This document shows, piece after piece, positions 1 through 9,422 of a stretch of 64,000 nt of DNA. The position numbers and the translations under genes were made by a program. This DNA is from a virus, in the IMG/VR virus record IMGVR_UViG_3300032293_001294, positions 1 through 64,000 of that record, one strand, 5' to 3'. The notes beneath the pieces were generated by a model, which made no database searches, was not told where the DNA came from, and worked only from the letters and a program-made list of their open reading frames with translations. Each line of letters starts with the position of its first letter. Positions within the stretch are counted from its first letter, which is position 1.

Positions 1-338
1 ATATACCCACAGTCGTTTGTTGCAAGTGTTGATTCTGCAATACCCATAAAGTAATCTGGGTTAGCATTAATTTCACTTGGAACTGCTGGCTTCATTAAGA
101 TATGATCACCTTGAACACCAGCGAATTGTACCGCTTGTCCCTTAGTAATTGCTGACTGTGCTTTACCATACATGTATAAGTATTTTAAATCAGCTTTATT
201 AACGGCAGGTACAGACCAAGTTCCATCACCACGAAGAAAAGTAGAACTACTTGGAGTCCCTGTTGCTACAATGCTTGAAACATTGACCTCAGGATAGTCT
301 TGAACCCAAGCACTACCGTTCCACTTTTTTAGCTTCAT
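1..338 (-). CDS. Tail fibre-like protein, runs off the left edge (not in ORF track)
   Basis: ATG at 338 after an AAGGAG RBS; open frame MKLKKWNGSAWVQDYPEV...STFLRGDGTW...; KxWNGxxW and FLRGDGTW are common phage fibre motifs. Confidence 0.75.
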   Translation of the reverse strand, partial: MKLKKWNGSAWVQDYPEVNVSSIVATGTPSSSTFLRGDGTWSVPAVNKADLKYLYMYGKAQSAITKGQAVQFAGVQGDHILMKPAVPSEINANPDYFMGIAESTLATNDCGY

Positions 339-356
339 ATTGGCTCCTTAGCCTAA

Positions 357-1658
357 TTAAAGCTGAAACCAAAGATTATCTGTAACTTGATAAGAAGCTG
401 AAGGTTGAGTTGCACTTGCAACAAATGGTTGTGTCATTTTTAAACCAGTTGCTTCTTGCGTTAAACCAACACCTGCGCCTACACTGAATTGATAAGATGC
501 TAAACTGATACCGTTACCTGCGGTATATGCTGTAGCTTCAATCGTAATTTCATCATTAGCTCTTGTTAAAGTAGTATTAGTACCTTGAACTAACGTAACA
601 TCATCTGTACCTGAACCAGATCCACCAGCAGTTAAACGAATAATCTTTTTACCAGTAGTACCATCTACAGCACTAATGCTATATGTAGTGTTAGTATCAA
701 CAACAGTTTCACTAGCGCTATCAATAATAGTAACGTGACCATATTCGTCTAATGTAATATTTTGAATATAAGTTCTACCAGTATTACTATTAACAGAAGC
801 TTGTGAAGATGTATCAGCGTGTTTAATTGTAATAACATCACTTGTTTGAGAAATAGTTAAACCGTGTGTAGATCCTACAGCACCGACTGCAATCGTAACA
901 TCATCTGTTGCAGCAGCAGAATCAGTAAGTCTAATTTTTGTACTGTTAGCATCTCCATTAAGTGTAGAAATACCATAAGTAGTATTAAGATCAGTTGGAA
1001 TAGCCCATGTAGCATCTGCTCTTAAGAACTTAGCTTGATCACCTGCTAAAGATGAAGGAACAAGACCAGGAGTACCTGCGGTTCCAGCAGCAGCAGCACC
1101 CATAATTTCATAAACGTTATTAATAACAGCAGCAGTAAATACACGTGGACTTGCTAAGGTACCAAGACCAGTTACACTTTCAATAACCCACCAATCTCCA
1201 ACTTCAAGAACACCGGAAGAAGTATTAGCAGTTCCACTTGAACCACCATCTTGCGGTCTAAATTGTAACGTAGCATATTCTCCATCACCCGGTTCACCAG
1301 TACCAATAAGCGTTTCTTGTATTGCGGTTAAACCGCTAATAGTTCCGGCAGTATTAACAACATAGTATTTTCCTTTTAATCCACCTGCATTTAAATAAGT
1401 ATGATATGCAGTAAGTAATGTACTGGCTAGTACACCTCTTGGAGTAGCAGAGTTTACATCTGCAGTTCTAGCACTTTCAAATGTTAAACCATCAAATACA
1501 CTGTCAGGTAAATACGCAGGTTTAAGTTTAATGTTAGCACCAGCAATATCAAATAAAGTAGTAGGTGTAACAGCTGTTACATCAACAACTAAATCCGCTG
1601 CATTAGTCTTTGCACTTTGTGCCTGCCAAGCAGATCCCGTCCATTTTTTAATAATCAT
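357..1658 (-). CDS. Tail fibre protein
   Basis: G/T/S/A-rich; KKWTGSAW start, AGTPGLVP..GDQAKFLRADATW, two (D)xNTTYxIS..G...IRLT...DDVT repeats, AGNGISL. Confidence 0.75.
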   Translation of the reverse strand: MIIKKWTGSAWQAQSAKTNAADLVVDVTAVTPTTLFDIAGANIKLKPAYLPDSVFDGLTFESARTADVNSATPRGVLASTLLTAYHTYLNAGGLKGKYYVVNTAGTISGLTAIQETLIGTGEPGDGEYATLQFRPQDGGSSGTANTSSGVLEVGDWWVIESVTGLGTLASPRVFTAAVINNVYEIMGAAAAGTAGTPGLVPSSLAGDQAKFLRADATWAIPTDLNTTYGISTLNGDANSTKIRLTDSAAATDDVTIAVGAVGSTHGLTISQTSDVITIKHADTSSQASVNSNTGRTYIQNITLDEYGHVTIIDSASETVVDTNTTYSISAVDGTTGKKIIRLTAGGSGSGTDDVTLVQGTNTTLTRANDEITIEATAYTAGNGISLASYQFSVGAGVGLTQEATGLKMTQPFVASATQPSASYQVTDNLWFQL

Positions 1659-2101
1659 TTTTTATCTCCTTCTTCACCATTAAAGGCTTTAATTTTATTT
1701 TGTAACAACTCTTGTGTTCTTAAGTTGTTTCTCAAAAATAACTTACTTAATTCTACCATATCATCTGCGCCTTTGATATATTCATCAAAAAGTTTTGCTA
1801 AGTCATTAAACTTAGTTGATAGCTCTTCCATTTGTTTTGCTTTTATTTCTGATTCTTTTTTTATCGCTTCAACAACAAGCTTATGTTCTTGGTCATCTTT
1901 TATTTTTTGTTTATCACGATCAAATACTTGTTGTGTCAAAGTGTCACGTGTCTTAATTAAATCTTTAATTTGTTCTTGAAGTTGTTTAATTGATCCTTCT
2001 AACTCAACAACTTTTTGTTGTAAAGGATTAATACTTTCTTCTTGAACAAGTAAAAGCGCTGGTGCTTCTTCAGTAATTTTAGTTTCTTTTTTAGTTGCCA
2101 T
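1655..2101 (-). CDS. Coiled-coil protein, possible fibre chaperone
   Basis: Heptad-rich E/K/Q/L sequence; ATGA overlap with the fibre gene; own promoter at 2118. Confidence 0.55.
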   Translation of the reverse strand: MATKKETKITEEAPALLLVQEESINPLQQKVVELEGSIKQLQEQIKDLIKTRDTLTQQVFDRDKQKIKDDQEHKLVVEAIKKESEIKAKQMEELSTKFNDLAKLFDEYIKGADDMVELSKLFLRNNLRTQELLQNKIKAFNGEEGDKK

Positions 2102-2117
2102 ATTGTTTTCCTTTTTT

Positions 2118-2128
2118 AGTATAACATA
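2118..2128 (-). promoter_or_regulatory. Extended -10 promoter TATGTTATACT
   Basis: TRTGnTATACT just upstream of the RBS and ATG 2101; motif recurs in this arm. Confidence 0.6.
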
Positions 2129-2131
2129 AAA

Positions 2132-2536
2132 TTATGTATTGAACCAAATATCTCCAGTTTTATTTTCACTTGGAGCAGTATCACTTGTTACAACTTTGTT
2201 AGCATCTATGTTTTTAAACTGTGACGTTGCACTTTCGTACCGTAAAAACTGTCCATCAGTAGGATTATTAACAGTGATACTACCTAAAATTTGTAGCAAC
2301 TCGTTTAGTAATCCTGCGTCAATTGTTTCATACACACCAACAGTTTGACTTGAATAATTACCAAATAAAAAACGGTGAAGTTTTTCAAGATATTCAACGG
2401 TTACGTTAGTTTGTAGTTTAAGGGTGTTAACGACTTGATTCCATTCTTGGATCGTCAAACTATTAGCAGCTTGTTTAACTTGCTCTACAATCCCGTTACG
2501 AACTAATATAGGTTTTTTATCAATAAGTAAAGCCAT
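2132..2536 (-). CDS. Short tail-fibre anchor-like protein
   Basis: NPTDGQFLRY..TSQFKN and C-terminal TSDTAP...GDIWF fibre motifs. Confidence 0.6.
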   Translation of the reverse strand: MALLIDKKPILVRNGIVEQVKQAANSLTIQEWNQVVNTLKLQTNVTVEYLEKLHRFLFGNYSSQTVGVYETIDAGLLNELLQILGSITVNNPTDGQFLRYESATSQFKNIDANKVVTSDTAPSENKTGDIWFNT

Positions 2537-3003
2537 TATTTATTCACCACTCCTAGTACATAACCTTTAGAAATTAAGTAAAGTTCTTTATATTTAAGAT
2601 GAAATGCATCGAATATACTAGCAGCGGACATACTTCCAAACAATACGATCACAGTTTCGAAGTAAGCTGTAAATGCTACATCAATTGCATTTTCGATTAC
2701 ATACTTTAGCGTAAGTCCTAATGTAATCAATACAATAAACAATAATATCTTTGGGGTTGCTTTTACTAAACCTTTTAATAAACTAGGTTCCCATGAGCTA
2801 ACCCACCGCGGCATATCTGACGCTAGTTTAATAATACCTAGCGTTCCTACAATAATTGTTGGCATGACAATCTTATTAGATACTGGTGCTTCAGTAAAAC
2901 CTAACTTAACTGCAAAGTATATAAAAGGTAAAACATATCCTATTAAGAATCCAATCCAATAGTATCTGTTCTTTAACTTTGCATAGTTAGCTGTGGTACT
3001 CAT
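2536..3003 (-). CDS. Integral membrane protein (~4 TM), holin-like candidate
   Basis: Four hydrophobic segments in 155 aa. Confidence 0.55.
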   Translation of the reverse strand: MSTTANYAKLKNRYYWIGFLIGYVLPFIYFAVKLGFTEAPVSNKIVMPTIIVGTLGIIKLASDMPRWVSSWEPSLLKGLVKATPKILLFIVLITLGLTLKYVIENAIDVAFTAYFETVIVLFGSMSAASIFDAFHLKYKELYLISKGYVLGVVNK

Positions 3004-3503
3004 TACTTTGCTCCTACGTATTTACTTAATAAATCTCCTGCGGCTTTGACAACGGTTTCAACCGTTTGAACAACTGCTTCTTGGTTCACAACTGGTTTAG
3101 GTAGTTCTGGTGTAACACCTGCAGTTCCTTCAGAAACCACGGGTTTAACTGCCAATAACTTTGTAAACTCTGCTTGTAAAGCTAGCTTATCTTCCATAGG
3201 AAGTTTAGAAGCAATAACAATATAAGATAACGCTTTAAACGTAGCAACGTTAACTTGTTCTAAATAATGATCTTTAGCTTCTAATGCTTGGTGTCGTGCT
3301 TCTAAAGCATTGTACTTTTGCGCAATATCTTTAACTAACTGACTAGAGTTAGTTGTTTGATTTGTGTTTTGCAAACGTAATGCATTAAATTGAAAAATAG
3401 ATCTAACTTGCACAACAATAAAAGTAAGCAGCGTTCCTACGGTTACACCACCCGCGATCGACACGCCCCAGTACTCTTCTAAAAATTGAATAACTTGTTC
3501 CAT
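3003..3503 (-). CDS. Membrane-anchored coiled-coil protein
   Basis: N-terminal TM (VSIAGGVTVGTLLTFIVV) then coiled coil; GAGG RBS. Confidence 0.55.
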   Translation of the reverse strand: MEQVIQFLEEYWGVSIAGGVTVGTLLTFIVVQVRSIFQFNALRLQNTNQTTNSSQLVKDIAQKYNALEARHQALEAKDHYLEQVNVATFKALSYIVIASKLPMEDKLALQAEFTKLLAVKPVVSEGTAGVTPELPKPVVNQEAVVQTVETVVKAAGDLLSKYVGAK

Positions 3504-3520
3504 AAATTATTCCTCCTTTC

Positions 3521-4516
3521 TTATCTTGTTACGTTACCTGCAGGATTACCTGTAGATACACGATTACTTGTTTCCGTCCATTGTGCTGCAGTCCATTTAC
3601 TTGGATCTGCACCATATAACGTAGTCATTTGACGGATTGTTTGTTGATATGCATCGCCTGCATCAGATGCAGCCATTGCGCTAGCAACTTGACCACGTTG
3701 ATTAGCCTGAGCTAAGAAGTCTGTGTATGCTTGATCTTGTGCAGTGTTCATACCGATTTGCGCTTGTAGTCTTTGATCATTTAACATCTGTGCGTTCTGG
3801 TTTAATGTATTAACATTCGTCATTAACATTTGCATATCTTGGTTAGCAATCTGTGATTCACTCATACCTGCTCTAAGTCTAGCCATACGTTCTCCACGTA
3901 CTTGATCTGTAATTTGTTTTACGGTTTGTGCTTGTTGTAATGCTGCTTGTTGGAATCCTACATCAGCCATCGTAGCAGCTTGTTGTGCTTGGTTCATGTA
4001 CGATTGTTCAAGACGGTTTAACATGTCAGCTCCACCAGTGCCAGGTGCTAATGAATATACATCTTGATAGTATTGATTAAACGCACCAAGTTGAGCTTCA
4101 TCAACGTTTACACCGCCTGCAGGTGTAAGCCCGTCAGGACTTGTAATAGTACCTATATCTGCTCTTAAATTTTCTGTAAAAGTAGGTTTATTGAGTGTTT
4201 CGTAAATAATTGGTATTTCAAATTGGTTTAAAGAAATACTATTATTGGTTAAATATGTTTCAAAATCATCTTGAGTTTTTCCTGATAAATCTCCATTATT
4301 ATCAATAAACCAACGTATGTAAGCTTGAACACCTTTTGCTTTAGCTTCATTACTAACTTGAATACTACTTGTGGTACCGATATTTAAAGTGCTCGTAGGA
4401 ATGCTATATGTTGTGCCTTTATGAGTTATATTAAAAAAACCATCATCTTTAGTATCAGATGTGTCTAATCTTTGTTCAGCTTCACCACCAAACCAATTAA
4501 GTTTTAATTCAATCAT
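3521..4516 (-). CDS. Putative ejection / internal virion protein with a Prp-type N-terminal leader
   Basis: Q/A/M/N-rich helical C-terminal half typical of podovirus DNA-transfer proteins; N-terminus MIELKLNWF-GG; lies downstream of the nozzle gene. Confidence 0.6.
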   Translation of the reverse strand: MIELKLNWFGGEAEQRLDTSDTKDDGFFNITHKGTTYSIPTSTLNIGTTSSIQVSNEAKAKGVQAYIRWFIDNNGDLSGKTQDDFETYLTNNSISLNQFEIPIIYETLNKPTFTENLRADIGTITSPDGLTPAGGVNVDEAQLGAFNQYYQDVYSLAPGTGGADMLNRLEQSYMNQAQQAATMADVGFQQAALQQAQTVKQITDQVRGERMARLRAGMSESQIANQDMQMLMTNVNTLNQNAQMLNDQRLQAQIGMNTAQDQAYTDFLAQANQRGQVASAMAASDAGDAYQQTIRQMTTLYGADPSKWTAAQWTETSNRVSTGNPAGNVTR

Positions 4517-4938
4517 ACAATGTCTCCTTTCTCTTCTAATGCTACAATCATCGTTTTTAAACGGTTTGTTTCATCAATAAGTGTTTGTTTTAAAACACGT
4601 ATTTCTTCTTCTAGTCTATAAAGATAGTCTTCAATGTCAGGTCGAATAGGCTTACTACCTAAGACTTGATATACATTATACGCTACTTTAGATTCATAGA
4701 TATGTATAATCGTACCTTTATTATCTAAAAGTTCTACTTTAATATTTACTTCACCTGGTTGTATTTCATCTGTTATGTTAATAAATGGACTTGTAAAACG
4801 TAAATGATTGATATATAAAACAGGATTTAAATGTTTTGTATTTGCTTCCAATTCAAATTTAACTACAGTATGTTCCTTTAATTCGGGAACAAACATAGTA
4901 TCAATTAATACTTTACCCTCTACAAGTTTTAAAATCAT
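4513..4938 (-). CDS. Hypothetical tail-associated protein
   Basis: ORF coupled to both neighbours by ATGA overlaps; C-terminal coiled coil. Confidence 0.5.
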   Translation of the reverse strand: MILKLVEGKVLIDTMFVPELKEHTVVKFELEANTKHLNPVLYINHLRFTSPFINITDEIQPGEVNIKVELLDNKGTIIHIYESKVAYNVYQVLGSKPIRPDIEDYLYRLEEEIRVLKQTLIDETNRLKTMIVALEEKGDIV

Positions 4939-7900
4939 ACTCTTCTCTCCTTATAAATAATACCAAAGTTTTGAAGTTTATATAAACCTTTTGATATAAA
5001 TTGAAGTTTAAGTCTAAATACTTTACCTAACCCTAGTATGCTTGTACGGTGGGTAAGTAACTTGCTAGACGTGTATTCTGAAAAATCCATCAGCATGTTA
5101 TTGTTTTCAAATAAGTTATTAGTTAAAGAATATTTAACAACATCTGTTGCAACTTCTGAAATTTGATTAACATCAACAAGTTCAATAAGATCTTTTTTAT
5201 CTTCTTTTTTTACAGTTACATAGTAAGAAACATTGTTCGAGTCTATGACTTGTAACTGTTCATTATAAAAAGGTCTGGCAACAATTTCATCGATCATAGT
5301 TTCAAGATTAAATAACACATTACCTGCATTAAGGTTTTTAAACGTTACATGTAGATCCCGGAAACGTTTAAAAAGATGATTATTTAAATTCATGTTACCT
5401 GTATCTATTAAACAGTTAATACCTTCTTTTTTAAAGTTATTAGTAAACGACATATCAACGTAATTATCTCTAGTATTAACTTCAACATATGGTAATGTAA
5501 AATAAAGTTTATTGTTTTGTTCTGTAATAAATAAATCTCCGCTATCAATAAAACGTTTATCAAATATATTTGTAAAAGTTAAAGTATCATAAGCAGTATA
5601 ACGATTGTTAATGACATCATAAATTAACATATAAGTAATAACCCCAGGCACGTAATAAATAATTTTAATGAAGTTAATCGAAACCAAAGCTTTGATTTTA
5701 ATTTCATTTCTATTAACACGCATTGGACTTCCATACGATGCTAAACGTTCGTTAATATATACTTCGTAATTTTTAAGAATATCATTAGCGGCTTTATTAA
5801 AGTATTGAATACTGAATCGTGTTTGATCATCTATTTGACTACTTGGGCGTATCATAAATAACTGTCCGTCTTCAGAATAAAATAAAATCATTTGATTAAA
5901 TATTTGTATAACATCAGTGTAGTCTGTATTAACAAGAAGATTATAAAGAACTGTTTGTTTAAGCCAAGCTGAACCTGTAACATTTTGTTCAATTTGATTT
6001 GTTGCTGTATTTAATTGTGTTGCAACTGTTTCTACACGGTACACTGCGTAAAGATGTTGTCTAGTAAATACAAGAATAATTTGTTTATATTGAAGTACTT
6101 TAACAATCTCTTCTCCAAATTCAACACGATTACGTTCTTTGAACCAATAAAATTTACCTTCTTCTGAAATGTATAATACATTTTCATACCAAGTAAGTAA
6201 TCGGCTATCTTCAAAAACAGTCATTGTGTTACTTGTTTGTATTTGAAGTGCTTCTTTTTCTTTAAATTTTTCAATAAAAGTTACTTGGTCTTTGTCGTAT
6301 GTATAAACTAAATTAAACGTTTGTGTAAAACTTGTTGCACCCCAAACAGCTTTTAATGTTTCAAGTTCTTCAAAGTTTTTAGATGTGCCTTCGCTATTTA
6401 AAAATTCAGAATCATTGTAAGGCTTCATGTAAAAAATACCTGTAACACCTTTATCAAAAAATCCTTCATCTTCTAAAGCTAATATTTGATTTGTATAAGG
6501 TGTAAAAGTTCCTACAGTAGCTGAAGTATTATACCAACGATACGTCGTATTTGTACGTGTATCATTATAAACTGTATAATTATTAAGCGCACTGTATGGT
6601 TCAGCATTTAAATTAATAACAACATTATTAAATGTTAAATTACTAGTACCTGAAGCTGTTGCAGGTAAACTCATGATTAAAGTATTTGAATCCGTTATTG
6701 ATGTAATAGTTGTTCCATTTGTAATTCCTGTTCCAGTAATGCTCATGCCTACGTATAAACTAGTTGTTGAACCTGTAATTGTTATACTATTATTTGTTCT
6801 TGTAAACGATCTCGTTACATTAGTTAAACTTCCATTTGTTGCTATACCTAAGTCTACCCAATTATTACCTAAGCCATTGTAAACACCATAGTCACTTTGT
6901 TCATAAACTTTATTATCTTGTCTAGAATGTACACGTGTTAAGTATGGAGCGTAAGTATTAACTCCTGGTGTGGTAAGATCTATTCTTATTGGCATAGCAC
7001 CAAACTGATGTGCACTCTGAAAGTTAATCACAGGTAAACTATAATTACCTAATTCTGATATATTAGCTTCAAGACTTGTTTGATTATTTATTTTTTTAAA
7101 AAAGAAAAAGTCACTATTAATATTCACATTGTTTTTAGTCAGATAATCTGCAAAAGAACTATTACCACTCCAATAATTTAAAGAAGCAAAAAACCAACGT
7201 GTTGTTATTTTTTCTGTAGTAGGGTTACTTACAGATGTTAAAGAACCTATAGTAGCCGTAGCATTATTCCATTGATAATAAACATCACGTCGATCATCAA
7301 AATAATACGCACCTTTAACAAAAAATGTACTATTAGGAACATCACCTGTTGTACTGACTTGAGTATAGGTCATACTTGTTGTTCCAGAAGTTTGTTTATA
7401 AACATAACCATGTTGTGCTATAGATGTATTAATAACTTGAACAAACGTATTTACAGGTACTTTTAAATTACTATTTTCTCCATCAGTTGGAAACTGATTA
7501 AAATAATAAGGAGTTCTTGTATCAAACGAACTGTTACTATTAAAAGTATTCACTTCTGCTGTAGTAGTTAAAGTATCTTTTGTCGCAAAAGGTAATAGTT
7601 TAAAAGTTATATTATAGTTACTTTTAAAAATATTATTAGTTTCAATAAACTCAATAAGTTTATCACCATTTAAAAACATGTCATAGTTAGTATCTTCTAC
7701 GGCAGCATTAATAGAAAAAGAACGTGTATTAACAGTACTGTTATCTTCTAAACTAGATTCAAACTCTTCAAACTCTCCTTTAGTAGCGCTTGAAGTTAAA
7801 TTATAAACATGAAACACTGCGTTTGCGGATATTAATCTAATCGCATCTCGTAAACTTTTTAAATTATTAATTTTATCAATTCTACTTTTCCAATTGCTAT

Positions 7901-9422
7901 ATGTTGTTCTAAACGTATCGATTGTAAAATTAGACAATTCAAATGCTGTAGCACTGTTAGTAGCTTTTGCAGGAAAGCTTTGATCTAACGTTGCATCAAT
8001 TTGCACTGTATCGCTGCTAGTTGTTGTAATTGTAGTAGCTTTAGGTACAATAAAAATTACAAAACGAGAACCTTGATAATGATTTAAATTAGGATCTTCG
8101 TTTCCTAAACTAATTGAAGTTCTAGAGGTATTAAAAATTTTTACTGGAGTTGAACTAACACCGTCATAAGACATCCATGGTGACGAAAAAACTACTTCTT
8201 TTGTTTTGTCTGTAACTTCTGTAGAAGTATTAAAAAATTCTACTTTATACGCCCACTTATTATTATTCAAAATAAAAGTTAAACTTGTAGTTCCTGACGC
8301 TGTAGCTGCCAGGCTAATAGTAATAGAAGTAGTACCAACATTAGTTACAGTTGTGTTAGCAGGTATTCCAGTTCCAATTACTTGTTGTCCTGTCTTAATA
8401 TCTTCTACATTAATATTTGTAATAATAGTACTTCCTGATGTTCTTGTACCTGTTCTAAATACTTGAAACTCATTATTTAATTGTATAGCCGCAGGGTTTA
8501 ATGAAAAGTACGGTTTAATTGTATAGTCTTTTCCGCGTTCAATAAAATTATTAACATATTGATTTGCTGCGTCGTATACATAAACAAAGTTACCAAGTGT
8601 AGTAATACTTCCTGAAGGTACTGGGTTTACACTATTAGGATTAATTGATTCTGGTTCTGTATAAAGATTTTGAAATACCGTAGGTATAATTGATTTAGAT
8701 ACAGCAAGATTCCGTTCAGTAGGAGCAAGTGTTGGATGCTCGAACATATAAGGAAGACCTTCAATAACAAGTGTATCTGCTGCATTTCCACCTGTCTCAA
8801 ATTGTCTATATCTAAGCTGCATTATAAAATTAAAAGATGGTTCTTGTTCATCTCCTGTATCTAATGTAACTTTTACTAAAGCACGGCTAATACCGTCCTC
8901 ATCATATATATGTTCTATTTTTGTATCAGGAATTGCTTTAATGTATTTAATATACTCTGTAATTGTTCCACTTAATTTTTGTGCTGCTGTACCTACAATA
9001 CTGTTATACCAATTTCTTACATAACTTACATTTGGAATAAGTACTTGTGTAAATAATAGATCCCAATCTTTATTAGCAATTATAGATTTAATAGGTAAGT
9101 AATATTCTGGAACATTGTACCCAGATATATCGGCTATGTATGCTACATTTGCAGTAATATCAAACAATATATAATCACCTATATTGTTATCTTTATATAT
9201 AATTGTGTTATTGCTCAATGAAATATGATTAACATTTTTTAACACTGTTGTTAAAAAACCTTCACGTGGTTTAACCGACTGTCCTGTATCAGAGACATCA
9301 AAGTTAACCATGTGTTTAAACAATCCTTCGTTTAAAGGATCGGTAGTTGCAACAATACCTAGATATCTAGTATTGTCGTAATATGATTTTTCAGGAAATC
9401 CCTGTACTGCTTTTCTAGCCAT
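4935..9422 (-). CDS. Tail nozzle / stabilisation protein with inserted beta-repeats
   Basis: 1495 aa, beta-rich; N-terminal YLGI...MVNFDV...VKPREG and C-terminal FKRFRDL...GKVFRLKL...GIIYK resemble P22 gp10/T7 gp12-type nozzles; follows the adaptor. Confidence 0.65.
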   Translation of the reverse strand: MARKAVQGFPEKSYYDNTRYLGIVATTDPLNEGLFKHMVNFDVSDTGQSVKPREGFLTTVLKNVNHISLSNNTIIYKDNNIGDYILFDITANVAYIADISGYNVPEYYLPIKSIIANKDWDLLFTQVLIPNVSYVRNWYNSIVGTAAQKLSGTITEYIKYIKAIPDTKIEHIYDEDGISRALVKVTLDTGDEQEPSFNFIMQLRYRQFETGGNAADTLVIEGLPYMFEHPTLAPTERNLAVSKSIIPTVFQNLYTEPESINPNSVNPVPSGSITTLGNFVYVYDAANQYVNNFIERGKDYTIKPYFSLNPAAIQLNNEFQVFRTGTRTSGSTIITNINVEDIKTGQQVIGTGIPANTTVTNVGTTSITISLAATASGTTSLTFILNNNKWAYKVEFFNTSTEVTDKTKEVVFSSPWMSYDGVSSTPVKIFNTSRTSISLGNEDPNLNHYQGSRFVIFIVPKATTITTTSSDTVQIDATLDQSFPAKATNSATAFELSNFTIDTFRTTYSNWKSRIDKINNLKSLRDAIRLISANAVFHVYNLTSSATKGEFEEFESSLEDNSTVNTRSFSINAAVEDTNYDMFLNGDKLIEFIETNNIFKSNYNITFKLLPFATKDTLTTTAEVNTFNSNSSFDTRTPYYFNQFPTDGENSNLKVPVNTFVQVINTSIAQHGYVYKQTSGTTSMTYTQVSTTGDVPNSTFFVKGAYYFDDRRDVYYQWNNATATIGSLTSVSNPTTEKITTRWFFASLNYWSGNSSFADYLTKNNVNINSDFFFFKKINNQTSLEANISELGNYSLPVINFQSAHQFGAMPIRIDLTTPGVNTYAPYLTRVHSRQDNKVYEQSDYGVYNGLGNNWVDLGIATNGSLTNVTRSFTRTNNSITITGSTTSLYVGMSITGTGITNGTTITSITDSNTLIMSLPATASGTSNLTFNNVVINLNAEPYSALNNYTVYNDTRTNTTYRWYNTSATVGTFTPYTNQILALEDEGFFDKGVTGIFYMKPYNDSEFLNSEGTSKNFEELETLKAVWGATSFTQTFNLVYTYDKDQVTFIEKFKEKEALQIQTSNTMTVFEDSRLLTWYENVLYISEEGKFYWFKERNRVEFGEEIVKVLQYKQIILVFTRQHLYAVYRVETVATQLNTATNQIEQNVTGSAWLKQTVLYNLLVNTDYTDVIQIFNQMILFYSEDGQLFMIRPSSQIDDQTRFSIQYFNKAANDILKNYEVYINERLASYGSPMRVNRNEIKIKALVSINFIKIIYYVPGVITYMLIYDVINNRYTAYDTLTFTNIFDKRFIDSGDLFITEQNNKLYFTLPYVEVNTRDNYVDMSFTNNFKKEGINCLIDTGNMNLNNHLFKRFRDLHVTFKNLNAGNVLFNLETMIDEIVARPFYNEQLQVIDSNNVSYYVTVKKEDKKDLIELVDVNQISEVATDVVKYSLTNNLFENNNMLMDFSEYTSSKLLTHRTSILGLGKVFRLKLQFISKGLYKLQNFGIIYKERRV

